The notes under the pieces were generated by a model. The model made no database searches. It had not been told where the DNA came from and saw only the letters and a list, made by a program, of their open reading frames with translations. A program made the position numbers and the translations under genes. From Alphaproteobacteria bacterium (lineage in GTDB: Bacteria; Pseudomonadota; Alphaproteobacteria; MPNO01; UBA830): DNA of 64,000 bases. Positions within the stretch are counted from its first letter, which is position 1; the number at the start of each line of letters is the position of its first letter. Shown one piece after another: positions 21,215-30,892 of the stretch. The stretch is from the NCBI GenBank assembly GCA_964291215.2, contig OZ219791.1, forward strand, positions 1,568,001 to 1,632,000, read 5' to 3'.

Positions 21215-22561
21215 ATGGAATGGTACTGGGCCGGGACGATTCTTCTGGGGTGCGTTATCAGCGGAATGGCCCTCGGATTTCCGGTGGCCTTCACATTCCT
21301 GATCACCAACATCATCGGCACCTGCATCTTCGTCATCCGTGCGCCGATCTGGGATATCGGCGCCTTCCTGCAGGAAGCCGGCATCAAGCTGCCGCAGATC
21401 GTCGACAACGCGCCGCAGCTGATCACGACTTTCACCCTGTCGCCGATCCCCATGTTCATCCTCATGGGATCGTTGTTCTTCCACACCGGACTTGCTATCC
21501 GGGTATTCGACGCCCTCGACACACTGCTCGGCAGGATACCCGGGCGGTTGTGCTACCTGACGGTTATCGGCGGATCCCTGTTCTCGACGCTGACTGGGTC
21601 GACGATGGCGAACACCGCCATGCTCGGCTCGCTGCTGGTCCCCGAGATGCAGCGTCGAGGCTACAACAAGCACATGTCGATGGGACCGATCCTCGGCACC
21701 GGCGGCCTAGCGATGATCATTCCGCCTTCGTCGCTCGGGGTTCTGCTGGCGAGCATCGCCGGCGTCGATGTCGGCGCACTCCTGATCGCCGGGCTCCTGC
21801 CCGGCTTCCTGCTTGCCGGCCTCTATGCCGGAATGATCACGCTGATGCTGATCATCAACCCCGACGCTGCGCCGAGCTACGATGTCGAGCCCACTACCTG
21901 GGCGCAGAAAGTCTTCCAGATCTCCGTCAACATCCTGCCGATGGGCTTCGTTGTCTTCCTCGTCATCGGCTTCATCGTGCTCGGCTGGGCCACGCCATCC
22001 GAATCAGCATCGTTTGGTGTCGTCGGCGTCTGCATCCTGGCCCTGGTGCGCCGCGTCTTCACTTGGGGGGCCTTCAAGACGTCGCTGATTGGCACCATCC
22101 GGGTCGTCGGCATGGTGTTCTTCATCCTCATGAACTCCACCGTGTTCAGCCAGCTCCTGTCGTTCTCCGGCGCGAGCCGGGGTTTCGTGTCGTGGGCCAC
22201 GGGGTTTGAGGTTGCGCCGCTGGTTATCCTCATGGCGATGTTCCTGGTCCTGATTCTGCTCGGCATGTTCATGGACCAAGTCTCGATGATGCTGATCACG
22301 GTGCCGATCTTCTATCCGATCGCGACCCAGCTTGGATACGACCCGATCTGGTTCTCGCTGATCGTGCTGATGTCGCTGGAGATGAGCGCGACGACGCCGC
22401 CGTTCGGACTACTGCTCTTCATAATGATGGGCATGGTAAGAGGCACCACGCTGGGACAGGTTGCGCTCGCGGCCGCGCCCTACCTCTTCTGCGACCTCGT
22501 GCTCATCGTGATCCTCATCATCGCACCCGGCATCGCGCTCTACTTGCCAAGCCTGATGTGA
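21215..22561 (+). CDS. dctM: TRAP transporter large permease
   Basis: IPMFILMG, GGLAMIIPPS, ATPSES, TTPPFGLLLF. Confidence 0.92.
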   Translation: MEWYWAGTILLGCVISGMALGFPVAFTFLITNIIGTCIFVIRAPIWDIGAFLQEAGIKLPQIVDNAPQLITTFTLSPIPMFILMGSLFFHTGLAIRVFDALDTLLGRIPGRLCYLTVIGGSLFSTLTGSTMANTAMLGSLLVPEMQRRGYNKHMSMGPILGTGGLAMIIPPSSLGVLLASIAGVDVGALLIAGLLPGFLLAGLYAGMITLMLIINPDAAPSYDVEPTTWAQKVFQISVNILPMGFVVFLVIGFIVLGWATPSESASFGVVGVCILALVRRVFTWGAFKTSLIGTIRVVGMVFFILMNSTVFSQLLSFSGASRGFVSWATGFEVAPLVILMAMFLVLILLGMFMDQVSMMLITVPIFYPIATQLGYDPIWFSLIVLMSLEMSATTPPFGLLLFIMMGMVRGTTLGQVALAAAPYLFCDLVLIVILIIAPGIALYLPSLM

Positions 22562-22673
22562 GGCTGGCAATGGACTCGTCCGCTAGGTGCATGTTGCACG
22601 CGCCGGGTTGACAGGGCAGGGCTGACCGGTCAGTCTCCCCAAGAGGCACCACACAGGCATCCGGAGAACCTCC

Positions 22674-22841
22674 ATGGCCAAGGCCAACACGATCCTCGTC
22701 AAGCTCGTGAGCACCGCCGACACGGGCTATTTCTATGTCGCCAAAAAGAACCCGAGGACCCGGACGGAGAAGCTTGAATTCCGCAAGTTCGACCCGGTCG
22801 CGCGCAAGCATGTGGTCTTCAAGGAAGCGCGGATCAAGTAA
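22674..22841 (+). CDS. rpmG: 50S ribosomal protein L33 (Zn-free type)
   Basis: Own translation [55 protein letters not shown]; below the ORF-track length cutoff. Confidence 0.97.
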   Translation: MAKANTILVKLVSTADTGYFYVAKKNPRTRTEKLEFRKFDPVARKHVVFKEARIK

Positions 22842-22913
22842 CCGCCCGGATCCGCGCTGCCCGGCAGGGTGCCGGCGCGAACCATCCCGCATTTCCCTCG
22901 CGTCGTCCGGCAG

Positions 22914-24932
22914 TCACGCCGAACCTGTCTTCCGTTCCCGTCGCCTGCCGTCCAAAACCGAAAACACCATCGACCCAGTAAGGCCGTTCGCCTCCTCGAG
23001 GCGCACGGCGATGCGGTCTCCGACAGCGTGGACAGCGCCGGTCCGGCGTCCAACGAGTCCCTTCTCTTCGAACATGTCGAACCGTTCGTCCCCAAGCATC
23101 GACATCGGCACGAAACCGGAGGCGCCTGTCCGTTCGAGGGTGACGAACAGCCCTGCGCGGTGAATGCCGCTGACGACGGCTGCAAACTCCGCCAGATCCC
23201 GCCCTTCCATGTGCATTGCGGCGTAGCGATCGGCAACGCCGCGTTCGGCGTCGGCGGCGCGGCGTTCTGTCATCGAGAGATGCTGGCCAAGCTCCTCCAG
23301 GCGGACAACGGACCCCGAAGTCTCCGGTTCGTCTTCGAAATCGAGCGCACAGAGCAGCGACCTGTGCACCACGAGATCGGCGTAGCGTCGAATCGGCGAC
23401 GTGAAGTGCGCGTACCGCCTGAGCCCGAGCCCGAAATGCCCGATATTCTCGGGGCCGTACTCGGCCTGGCTCTGGCTTCGGAGGATCGCCATGTTGACCA
23501 GGGGCGCGGCAGACGTGCCGGCCACCCGGTCAAGGATGTGACGAAATACGGGCGGCTGCCGGACCTGCCGGGCCACAACGATGCCCAATGGCCGGAGCAT
23601 CCGCGCCAGCTCCTCGAGTTTCCGTTTCGACGGCTGGTCGTGAACGCGGTATATGCAGGGCGCCCTGAGGCTTTCCAGGGTTTCCGCAGCGGCGACATTG
23701 GCCGCAATCATGAATTCCTCGATCAGCCGGTGGCTATCGAGCCGGACCTCGGGCGCAATCTCCCGCACATTGCCGTCCCCATCCAGTTCGACCCGAAACC
23801 CGGGCACGTCGAGATCCAGCGCGCCACGGGCGTCCCTGGCCTTCGAGAGCGCGCCGAAGGCGCCATAAAGAGACGTGATCAGATCTTCCGAGATCGGCAA
23901 TCCGGCCAGCCCTTCTCCCCGCCGCGCCGCATCTACCTGCTCGTAGGTCAGACGCGCGATAGAGCGCATGACCGCACGGCGGAATGTGTGGTCGAGCAGT
24001 CGGCCTTCGGCATCTATCCGGATGTCGGCTGCGATGCAGCCGCGATCCTCACCGGGGACGAGCGAGCAGAGCCCGTTGGAGAGGGCCTCGGGAAGCATCG
24101 GTACCACGCGGTCGGGAAAGTACACCGAATTGCCGCGCTCCCTTGCAGAGACATCCAGCGCGGTACCGGGACGCACGTACCATGCGACATCGGCGATCGC
24201 GACGACAATGCGCCAACCGCCGGGATTGTCGGGATCGTCATCGGGTGCAGCCCATACCGCGTCGTCGAAATCCCGGGCATCGCTGCCGTCTATGGTAACC
24301 AGAGGCAGCGCCCTGAGATCCATCCTGCCGTCGTTCGGCACCGGCGTTGCGGCTGCCGCTGCCGCGAGGGCCGCTTCGGAGAACTCCGTCGGGATCCCCC
24401 TGGCGTGGATCTCGATCAGGCTCGGTGGCACCGGGCCGCCGCCGGGCGCCGCGCACTCGACGATCCTCGCCTTCGGCCGGCAGTGGCGGCCTGCCGCCGG
24501 TTCGACCCAGACCAGGGCACCGTCCCCGATTCCGACTGCTGAATTCGGCGCCACGGCATACTCCGTGCGATGCCGCCGTTCGACCGGCCAGACCCAGCCG
24601 GCCCGTCCGTCCGGGCTGCATTCGAAGATCCCGAGCAGCCGGTCTTGGGCGGTTCCGAACCTCCTGATGATCCGGGCTGTATAGATTCCGTCGCCGTCCG
24701 GGAACAGGCGGGCGAGCATGCGGTCGCCGACGCCGGGCGCCGGAGGCGGTTCCCGGGGATCAAGCCGGATCACGGGCGCAGGGTCCCGCCGATCCCACTT
24801 CACCGGCCGGGCGATCGGCTCGCCATCCTCGTCGAGCCTGTCGATCTCGATGACCGTGACCGGGGGCGGGCCGCCGCGGCTTTCTGACCTCGAGGCCCCA
24901 GAGCGACGATTTACCAATGAGTGCCTGCGCAT
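22914..24932 (-). CDS. rnr: Ribonuclease R (N-terminus apparently shortened)
   Basis: VTIDGSDARDFDDAV, VAIADV, RGNSVYFP, LIEEFMIAAN, HFTSPIRRYADL, C-terminal S1 domain; start uncertain. Confidence 0.92.
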   Translation of the reverse strand: MRRHSLVNRRSGASRSESRGGPPPVTVIEIDRLDEDGEPIARPVKWDRRDPAPVIRLDPREPPPAPGVGDRMLARLFPDGDGIYTARIIRRFGTAQDRLLGIFECSPDGRAGWVWPVERRHRTEYAVAPNSAVGIGDGALVWVEPAAGRHCRPKARIVECAAPGGGPVPPSLIEIHARGIPTEFSEAALAAAAAATPVPNDGRMDLRALPLVTIDGSDARDFDDAVWAAPDDDPDNPGGWRIVVAIADVAWYVRPGTALDVSARERGNSVYFPDRVVPMLPEALSNGLCSLVPGEDRGCIAADIRIDAEGRLLDHTFRRAVMRSIARLTYEQVDAARRGEGLAGLPISEDLITSLYGAFGALSKARDARGALDLDVPGFRVELDGDGNVREIAPEVRLDSHRLIEEFMIAANVAAAETLESLRAPCIYRVHDQPSKRKLEELARMLRPLGIVVARQVRQPPVFRHILDRVAGTSAAPLVNMAILRSQSQAEYGPENIGHFGLGLRRYAHFTSPIRRYADLVVHRSLLCALDFEDEPETSGSVVRLEELGQHLSMTERRAADAERGVADRYAAMHMEGRDLAEFAAVVSGIHRAGLFVTLERTGASGFVPMSMLGDERFDMFEEKGLVGRRTGAVHAVGDRIAVRLEEANGLTGSMVFSVLDGRRRERKTGSA

Positions 24933-24988
24933 GAGGGTCCTGTCCGATCGGACAACGTGGGAACGGCGCGAGAGTGCAGAGCCCCCGG

Positions 24989-27619
24989 TCAGGCTTCTTT
25001 CGACCGGGTGCGCGAAGCAGTCTTCCCGCGGCTGCCGGTACGGCGGCCGGCTTTCGTGCCTGCGCGAAATGCGTGGCCGTTTCCGGCCTTGGCCGTGGCC
25101 CGCGCCGCCAGCCATTCGACGGCCTGTTCGAGGGTCACGGATTCGGGTTCGACGCCCAAGGGCAACGAGGCATTGATCTTGCCGTGCTTGACATACGGTC
25201 CGTAGCGGCCGTCCCGCAGCTCCACCGGCTTGCCGTCGTCCGGATGGTCGCCGATCGGGGTTCCGGCGGATTTGCGCGGGCCCTTTTTCGGCGTTTCGGC
25301 ACAGATCGTCACCGCCCGGTTGAGGCCGATCGAGAGCACGTCGTCGTCGCCTCCAAGCTTCACGTAGCTGTCGCCGTGCTTGAGATAGGGACCGTACCGT
25401 CCGAAACCGGCGACGATCATCTGCCCGGTTTCCGGGTGTTTGCCGACTTCGCGGGGCAGGCTCAGAAGGGCCAGCGCATGGGCGAGGTCGACATCGGCAG
25501 GCTGGGTTCCCGGCATCAGGGACTGGCGCTTCGGCTTCTTCTTCGATCCCTTCACGGCCTCGCCGGCCTGGATGTAGAGCCCATAGGGCCCGTTCCGCAG
25601 CGTTACCGGCAGCCCGGTTTCGGGATCGTCGCCGAGATGCCTCGGGCCCTCATGTCCCGCGACGGCCTCGGGATTACCCGTGTACACCGCCAGCACGGCC
25701 GTGTATTGGCATTCGGGATAGTTCGAACATCCGATGAAGCCGCCCTTGGCACTCGGTTTCAGCCCGAGACGGCCATCCTCGCAGACCGGGCATTTCCGGG
25801 GGTTGTCGCCCCCCTCGGGCACAGGGAAGAAATGCGCGCCGAGCTCCTCATCGAGCTTGTCGATCACTTCGCTGATGCGCAGCCCCGACGTGTCGTTGAC
25901 GGCGGCCTCGAAAGCGGTCCAGAACTCACGGAGCAGGTTCTTCCACTCCACGTTGCCGTTCGAGACATCGTCGAGCCGGTTTTCGAGATCTGCCGTGAAA
26001 TCGTACTCGACATAGCGGCGGAAGAACTCTGTCAGAAACGCCGTCACCAGCCGCCCGCGGTCGCTGGGAACGAATCTCCGATTTTCCAGTTCGACATAAT
26101 CCCGGTCCTGCAGGACCTGAAGTATGGTGGCGTAGGTCGAGGGGCGCCCGATGCCGAGCTCCTCAAGACGCTTGACCAGGCTCGCCTCGCCATAGCGCGG
26201 CGGCGGCTTTGTAAAATGCTGTTCCGGTGCCACCTCGCCGCGCGCGACCGGGTCGCCTTCGGACATCGGCGGCAGGATGCGTTCCTTGTCGCCGTCGTCC
26301 CCCTTCTGCCCGTCGGATTCCCGATCCCCGGTCCCTTCCAGATAGAGCTTCATGAAGCCGTCGAACTTCACGACCATGCCGTTGGCGCGCAGGACCATGT
26401 CGTCGCCCGGCGACGCGATGTCGACGGCTGTCTGTTCGAGGACGGCATTCTTCATCTGGCTCGCGATAGTGCGTTTCCAGATGAGCTCGTAGAGTCTGGC
26501 CTCGTCGTCGGGGAGACGACCGGAAATCTGCGACGGGTGGCGCCCGCAATTCGTTGGCCGGATCGCCTCGTGCGCCTCCTGTGCGTTCCGCGCCCTATTG
26601 CGGTAGCGATTGGGTTCCTCGGGGATGTAGTTATGGCCGTATTCGCTGCCGATCACGGCGCGGGCGGAGAGTATCGCCTCCTGTGACAGGTTCACGCTGT
26701 CCGTGCGCATGTAGCTGATGAGCCCAACTGTCTCGCCGCCGAGCGGCACGCCTTCATAGAGGCGCTGGGCCGTGCGCATGGTCCGCGTCGCGCCGAAACC
26801 GAGCTTGCGCGACGCCTCCTGCTGCAGGGTCGAGGTGGTGAACGGCGGCGCGGCGCGGCGCTGGACGATCTTGCGCTCGATCCTGCCGACGGAAAACTCC
26901 CGGCTCATGATCCGCTTGACCGCGGCCTGCGCCGCCGCTTCGTCGGCGAGGTCGTAGCGGTCGAGTTTCCTACCGTCGAGATGGGTTAGCCGCGCCGTCA
27001 CCGGATTTCCGTCGACCGTCCGGAAGACGGCTTCGACCGTCCAGTACTCGCGCGCCTTGAAAACCTCTATCTCGCCTTCACGCTCGCAGATTAGTCGCAG
27101 CGCAACAGACTGAACTCGACCCGCGGATTTCGATCCGGGCAGCTTGCGCCACAGCACTGGCGACAGTGTGAAACCCACCAGGTAGTCGAGCGCCCGGCGC
27201 GCCAGATAGGCGTCTATGAGGGCCTGGTTGAGTTCCCGCGGATTTGCCACCGCATTGGTCACCGCGTTCCGCGTAACCTCGTGAAACACCACGCGCTTGA
27301 CGTCGACGCCGTCGAGGATGTTGCGCTCGTCGAGAATTCGGTGGACATGCCAGGAAATCGCCTCTCCTTCCCGGTCGGGATCGGTGGCGAGATAGAGATG
27401 TTCGGCACCTTTTGCGGCATCGGCAATGGCCCCGAGGGTCTTTTCCGCACCGGGATTGATGCGCCAGTGCATCCGGAAGTCCTCGTCGGGCAGGACCGAT
27501 CCGTCGGTCGGCGAGAGATCGCGCACATGCCCATAGGTGGCCAGCACGGTGTAGTTCCGTCCCAGGTACCTGTTGATGGTCTTGGCCTTGGCGGGGGATT
27601 CTACGAGAACGACATCCAT
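24989..27619 (-). CDS. topA: DNA topoisomerase I
   Basis: VESPAKAKTI, ATDPDREGEAI, SAGRVQS, ISYMRTDS, GIGRPSTY, Zn ribbon and C-terminal repeats. Confidence 0.98.
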   Translation of the reverse strand: MDVVLVESPAKAKTINRYLGRNYTVLATYGHVRDLSPTDGSVLPDEDFRMHWRINPGAEKTLGAIADAAKGAEHLYLATDPDREGEAISWHVHRILDERNILDGVDVKRVVFHEVTRNAVTNAVANPRELNQALIDAYLARRALDYLVGFTLSPVLWRKLPGSKSAGRVQSVALRLICEREGEIEVFKAREYWTVEAVFRTVDGNPVTARLTHLDGRKLDRYDLADEAAAQAAVKRIMSREFSVGRIERKIVQRRAAPPFTTSTLQQEASRKLGFGATRTMRTAQRLYEGVPLGGETVGLISYMRTDSVNLSQEAILSARAVIGSEYGHNYIPEEPNRYRNRARNAQEAHEAIRPTNCGRHPSQISGRLPDDEARLYELIWKRTIASQMKNAVLEQTAVDIASPGDDMVLRANGMVVKFDGFMKLYLEGTGDRESDGQKGDDGDKERILPPMSEGDPVARGEVAPEQHFTKPPPRYGEASLVKRLEELGIGRPSTYATILQVLQDRDYVELENRRFVPSDRGRLVTAFLTEFFRRYVEYDFTADLENRLDDVSNGNVEWKNLLREFWTAFEAAVNDTSGLRISEVIDKLDEELGAHFFPVPEGGDNPRKCPVCEDGRLGLKPSAKGGFIGCSNYPECQYTAVLAVYTGNPEAVAGHEGPRHLGDDPETGLPVTLRNGPYGLYIQAGEAVKGSKKKPKRQSLMPGTQPADVDLAHALALLSLPREVGKHPETGQMIVAGFGRYGPYLKHGDSYVKLGGDDDVLSIGLNRAVTICAETPKKGPRKSAGTPIGDHPDDGKPVELRDGRYGPYVKHGKINASLPLGVEPESVTLEQAVEWLAARATAKAGNGHAFRAGTKAGRRTGSRGKTASRTRSKEA

Positions 27620-27901
27620 TGCGGCGAACCAGACAGTTGGAGAACGGCGAGCGATCCGGGAAAGTCCTGGACGCGATTCCCGGATGCAAGGCTCGGGCAG
27701 CGGACTGCGACATCCGCATCTGACGGGAATCTTGCCGAGCGAACCGGGCGGTCAATACAGGGAAAATGGGAAGTTTGCAACAATGGACAGGGCGGATACA
27801 CGGTGATCCCACGCTAGGTTTGTTGGAAGGGTCGGTTTTGCTTGTTCAGGATGATTCGCATTTTCGCTGGCTTTTTGTGAAGCGGCGTAGTATCCGTTGT
27901 C

Positions 27902-30652
27902 GTGGAGGCAGCGGATTTTTTTGAGACGGCTCCGGAGGGTTTTGTGCTCCGGGATGTGGTTGTGCGCCTTGCGCGGCCTGGTGCCGCTGGAATCGTGTCG
28001 TTGACCGTATCTTGGTTTCAAGCAGTTTGCCGGTCGAGGTCTGCGCTACGTGTTCACCTGGCGCGGGCGGTGGATTGGTGCTGCGGGCTGGCAGACGGGC
28101 ACCCTCAGCTGCGCACCCGTTGGATTGGCTGGCGCCGCGAGGAACAGTTCAGGCGGTTGCCGGGAACAACACGAGGTTTGTTGTTCCTGGTGGTCGTTTC
28201 CGGGCCTTGCCTCGTTTGCGTTGTCGCGGATGGTGCGGCGGCGACTGGGAGGCTGCCGTTGCTTGTTGCGGAGAAGTTTGTCTCGCCGACGAAGTTCAGC
28301 GGCACCATGTACAAGGTGGCGAACCGGGAGTGCGCTGGCAGGAGCCATGCGCGCGCCAGCGGGCGCCATGCCGACCGGCACGGGGAGGCGAAGGATCCTT
28401 ACGTATTTCCGCTGCGTCGTGACGCGGGATCGTTCGCTGCTTCCTGCGGCGTGGGAGTTGCGGGCGCCGCTGGTCGGCGCAGGAGTTGCGCTCGATTTAT
28501 CAGCACTTCGGGGCGCTTTCCGGCGCGCGCAGGGGCATCGCCTCGGTACTGTGCGTGATGGCGCGGCTTGCGAACCGGCGCGGTGGCGCACTACGACGCA
28601 GAAGAAGCTGGAGCAGCGTGGAAGAACAGGGACAAGCCGGTCTCCACCGTGCACCGGGTGCTACCGACCCGGGATGGATTGAGGACGCGGCGCGCAGCCG
28701 CAGGTCGGCAACGCGGTCGACGGCAAGCGCACCGGCGAGGATCATTACGAGACGGTCTCGCTGGCCGGTATTCGATCCTCAACTGTCACGGCGGGGAGAT
28801 CGCTGCCGTCCACGCCGCGACGGCCGTCTGCTCACCCTCGACGCGCTCCACACCACCCGCGAGGCTGATCATCGAGACCCATCGCGCGGACTGATGGTCA
28901 AGGGCAACGCACCTTCGAGAGCATCAACTGGAAGACCGCCAACGCTACAACGAAAAGCCCGCGCATGGCCGCCAGCGCACCATTTTCACCCCGCTGGCGA
29001 AGATGATCAACTAGTCAAGCAGATCTTCCGCGTCACCCGGCGCGTCGAATTCAGGAAAACCGAACACGCCATATGACTAGGTTTTGTCCCCTTGATGATG
29101 AAATCATCCACAGCGTTGGGGGCGGGAAAATGTGGATCTGTGGGAGAGCTATGGTTGCAGAGAGATTACGCTCCCCTGAGCGAACATGCACAGGGGAGCG
29201 GGGATCAAAGGATCTCCGCGGAGGTTGCCGTTTTGACCCTTGACAGAGCCGCGTCCGAGTTTGGCAACCTCCCTTGACGTCCCTCGCTGGATGCTTGGGT
29301 TTGAACCCGTATCATCGTAAGGCGAGGAGCGATGGTCAAGGTAGTAGCAGGGGTCAGCCAGTCTGGACATCTGGCGCATTGTTTTGCGAACGACGCCACG
29401 GGCAGGTGGCTTCGCGGCCTCGGGGTGAGCCGGGTGGTGGGCGACAGGCCGCTATCACCACAAGGTTCACCAGTGTCTTCATGACCGGGGCTTCGAGGTT
29501 ATTCTCGTCAACCCGTTGCGGGCGCTTCGCCGAGGCGATGGGCCAACCGCGTCGACGCCAAGATCGGCTGGGCGATCTTGAGCCTGTGGCTCCGCCTTCC
29601 TCAAGAGCCTGGAGGATCTCCTGGTGCCGCGCTTGTCGACGCCAAGCAGGTGGCAGATGAGGTGGATGGCGAGACCGTCACAAGGGCCTCAGCGGCCGAT
29701 CTCGATGACCGCATTGCCGGCGCGGCGATCAAAGCGGTGATCGCCGGTGATCCCGAGCAGAGGTACCCTGACCTCGATCCCCGGTCCGGTGACCGCCGCG
29801 GCCCTTCTGGATGCCCGAACTCGGCAGCGTCGGCAGCCTTGATCGGGGTGGCGCCAACGACCACGGTGCTCGGCATATCCGAGGCGGGCGCCGAAGGCCA
29901 CATGATCTCCTGTTCATGGCCGCGACCGGCCCGCTTCAACGCGGACCTGGTGCGCCTCAAGACTGCCGGCAAGCAAGGTCGCGATTGTCGCCGTGATGCG
30001 CAAGCTCTGGCGAACACCTTGCTGCGACAACAGCGTTGCCTGAAGCACCGGTGAGTGAGCGAAGGAGACACGGCCCTGCCGAGAGCGCGATCGGGACTGT
30101 ATCGACAGTCTCCCTCTACGACACGACTTGGGGAGAATGTCTGCAGATCATCGTCGAGGCCGACATCGAGGAGATCGAACCGCCTTGGGACACCTGGAAC
30201 CCGGACGGTCACGTGCCCGGGGACGGCAAGGTAGCCGCGTTCACGTGACCAATGGACGGCAACCCGCCGCCGGGACCACAAGCTTCATGTCGCCTCGCTC
30301 GCAGAGCAAATCCCATACCGCTTGTGGACAACCACAGAAAACATCACCACAGACACCCGCAAAAACCTTGCCAAGAAACATGGATGCTCGGTCGAACGCG
30401 CCTCGCCGCAACAGTTGCTCGCATGGAATCGCGGACACTGGGTAGTCGAGAGCCATCATCATGTCCGCGATGCCACCTTCCGCGAAGACGACTCCATGCT
30501 CCGAACGCGTTCGCAAACAACGCGATCACCCTCGCAATCGCCGTCATCATCCACAACAAGCGCAAGCTGACCAAACCCTTCAACAGCTTCGTCGACACAA
30601 CCATGCGGACAAGCGCAAGCAGGTCCTGCACGCAATCACGAGACCAGGCTGA
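27902..30652 (+). pseudogene. Fragmented DUF4338 + ISAs1-type DDE transposase (interrupted at 29079-30388)
   Basis: YLGFKQFAGRGLRYV, RWIGWRREEQFRRL, NNTR, FSGTMYKVAN; then AVDGKR, GGEIAAV, LTLDALHT, MVKGN, WNRGHWVVESHHHVRDATFRED. Confidence 0.8.
29079..30388 (+). mobile_element. Insertion containing an IS110-family transposase remnant (~29330-30045)
   Basis: VNP..RFAEAMG..RVDA, AALIGVAP, RHIRGGR, DLLFMAA, KVAIVAVMRKL; bounded by CT dinucleotides (29077-78, 30387-88), no longer TSD. Confidence 0.7.
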
Positions 30653-30892
30653 CCGCGCCTCTCTCCCCGACAGAAACCGCAAGCTTTCGAGCCCGACAAC
30701 CAAGGCCTCTCGCTTGCCCCGGATACGTCGACCAATCGCACCCCGCGCCGCAACAGCGCGTCAGCAAATCTCAAAATCGCAGCCTCGAACGCGTCGACCC
30801 GCGCCGCGATCAGGACTCCGATCACATCACATCAACAAGCATGGGATCATTTTGGGGCGGATACGCGGCGGGGCCTTGCGACGGGGGCCGCC

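Larger units (their letters stand above)
27799..30854 (+). mobile_element. Decayed DUF4338-ISAs1-like insertion sequence; probable autonomous partner of MITE family A
   Basis: TIRs cacggtgatcccacgct / agcatgggatcattttg; perfect 9-bp TSD gggcggata (27790-27798, 30855-30863). Confidence 0.88.

Noticed and set aside
27902-28450. Druantia defence system
   Set aside because: The DUF4338-like region lies inside IS ends and runs into a transposase; there is no DruE helicase or other Dru gene.
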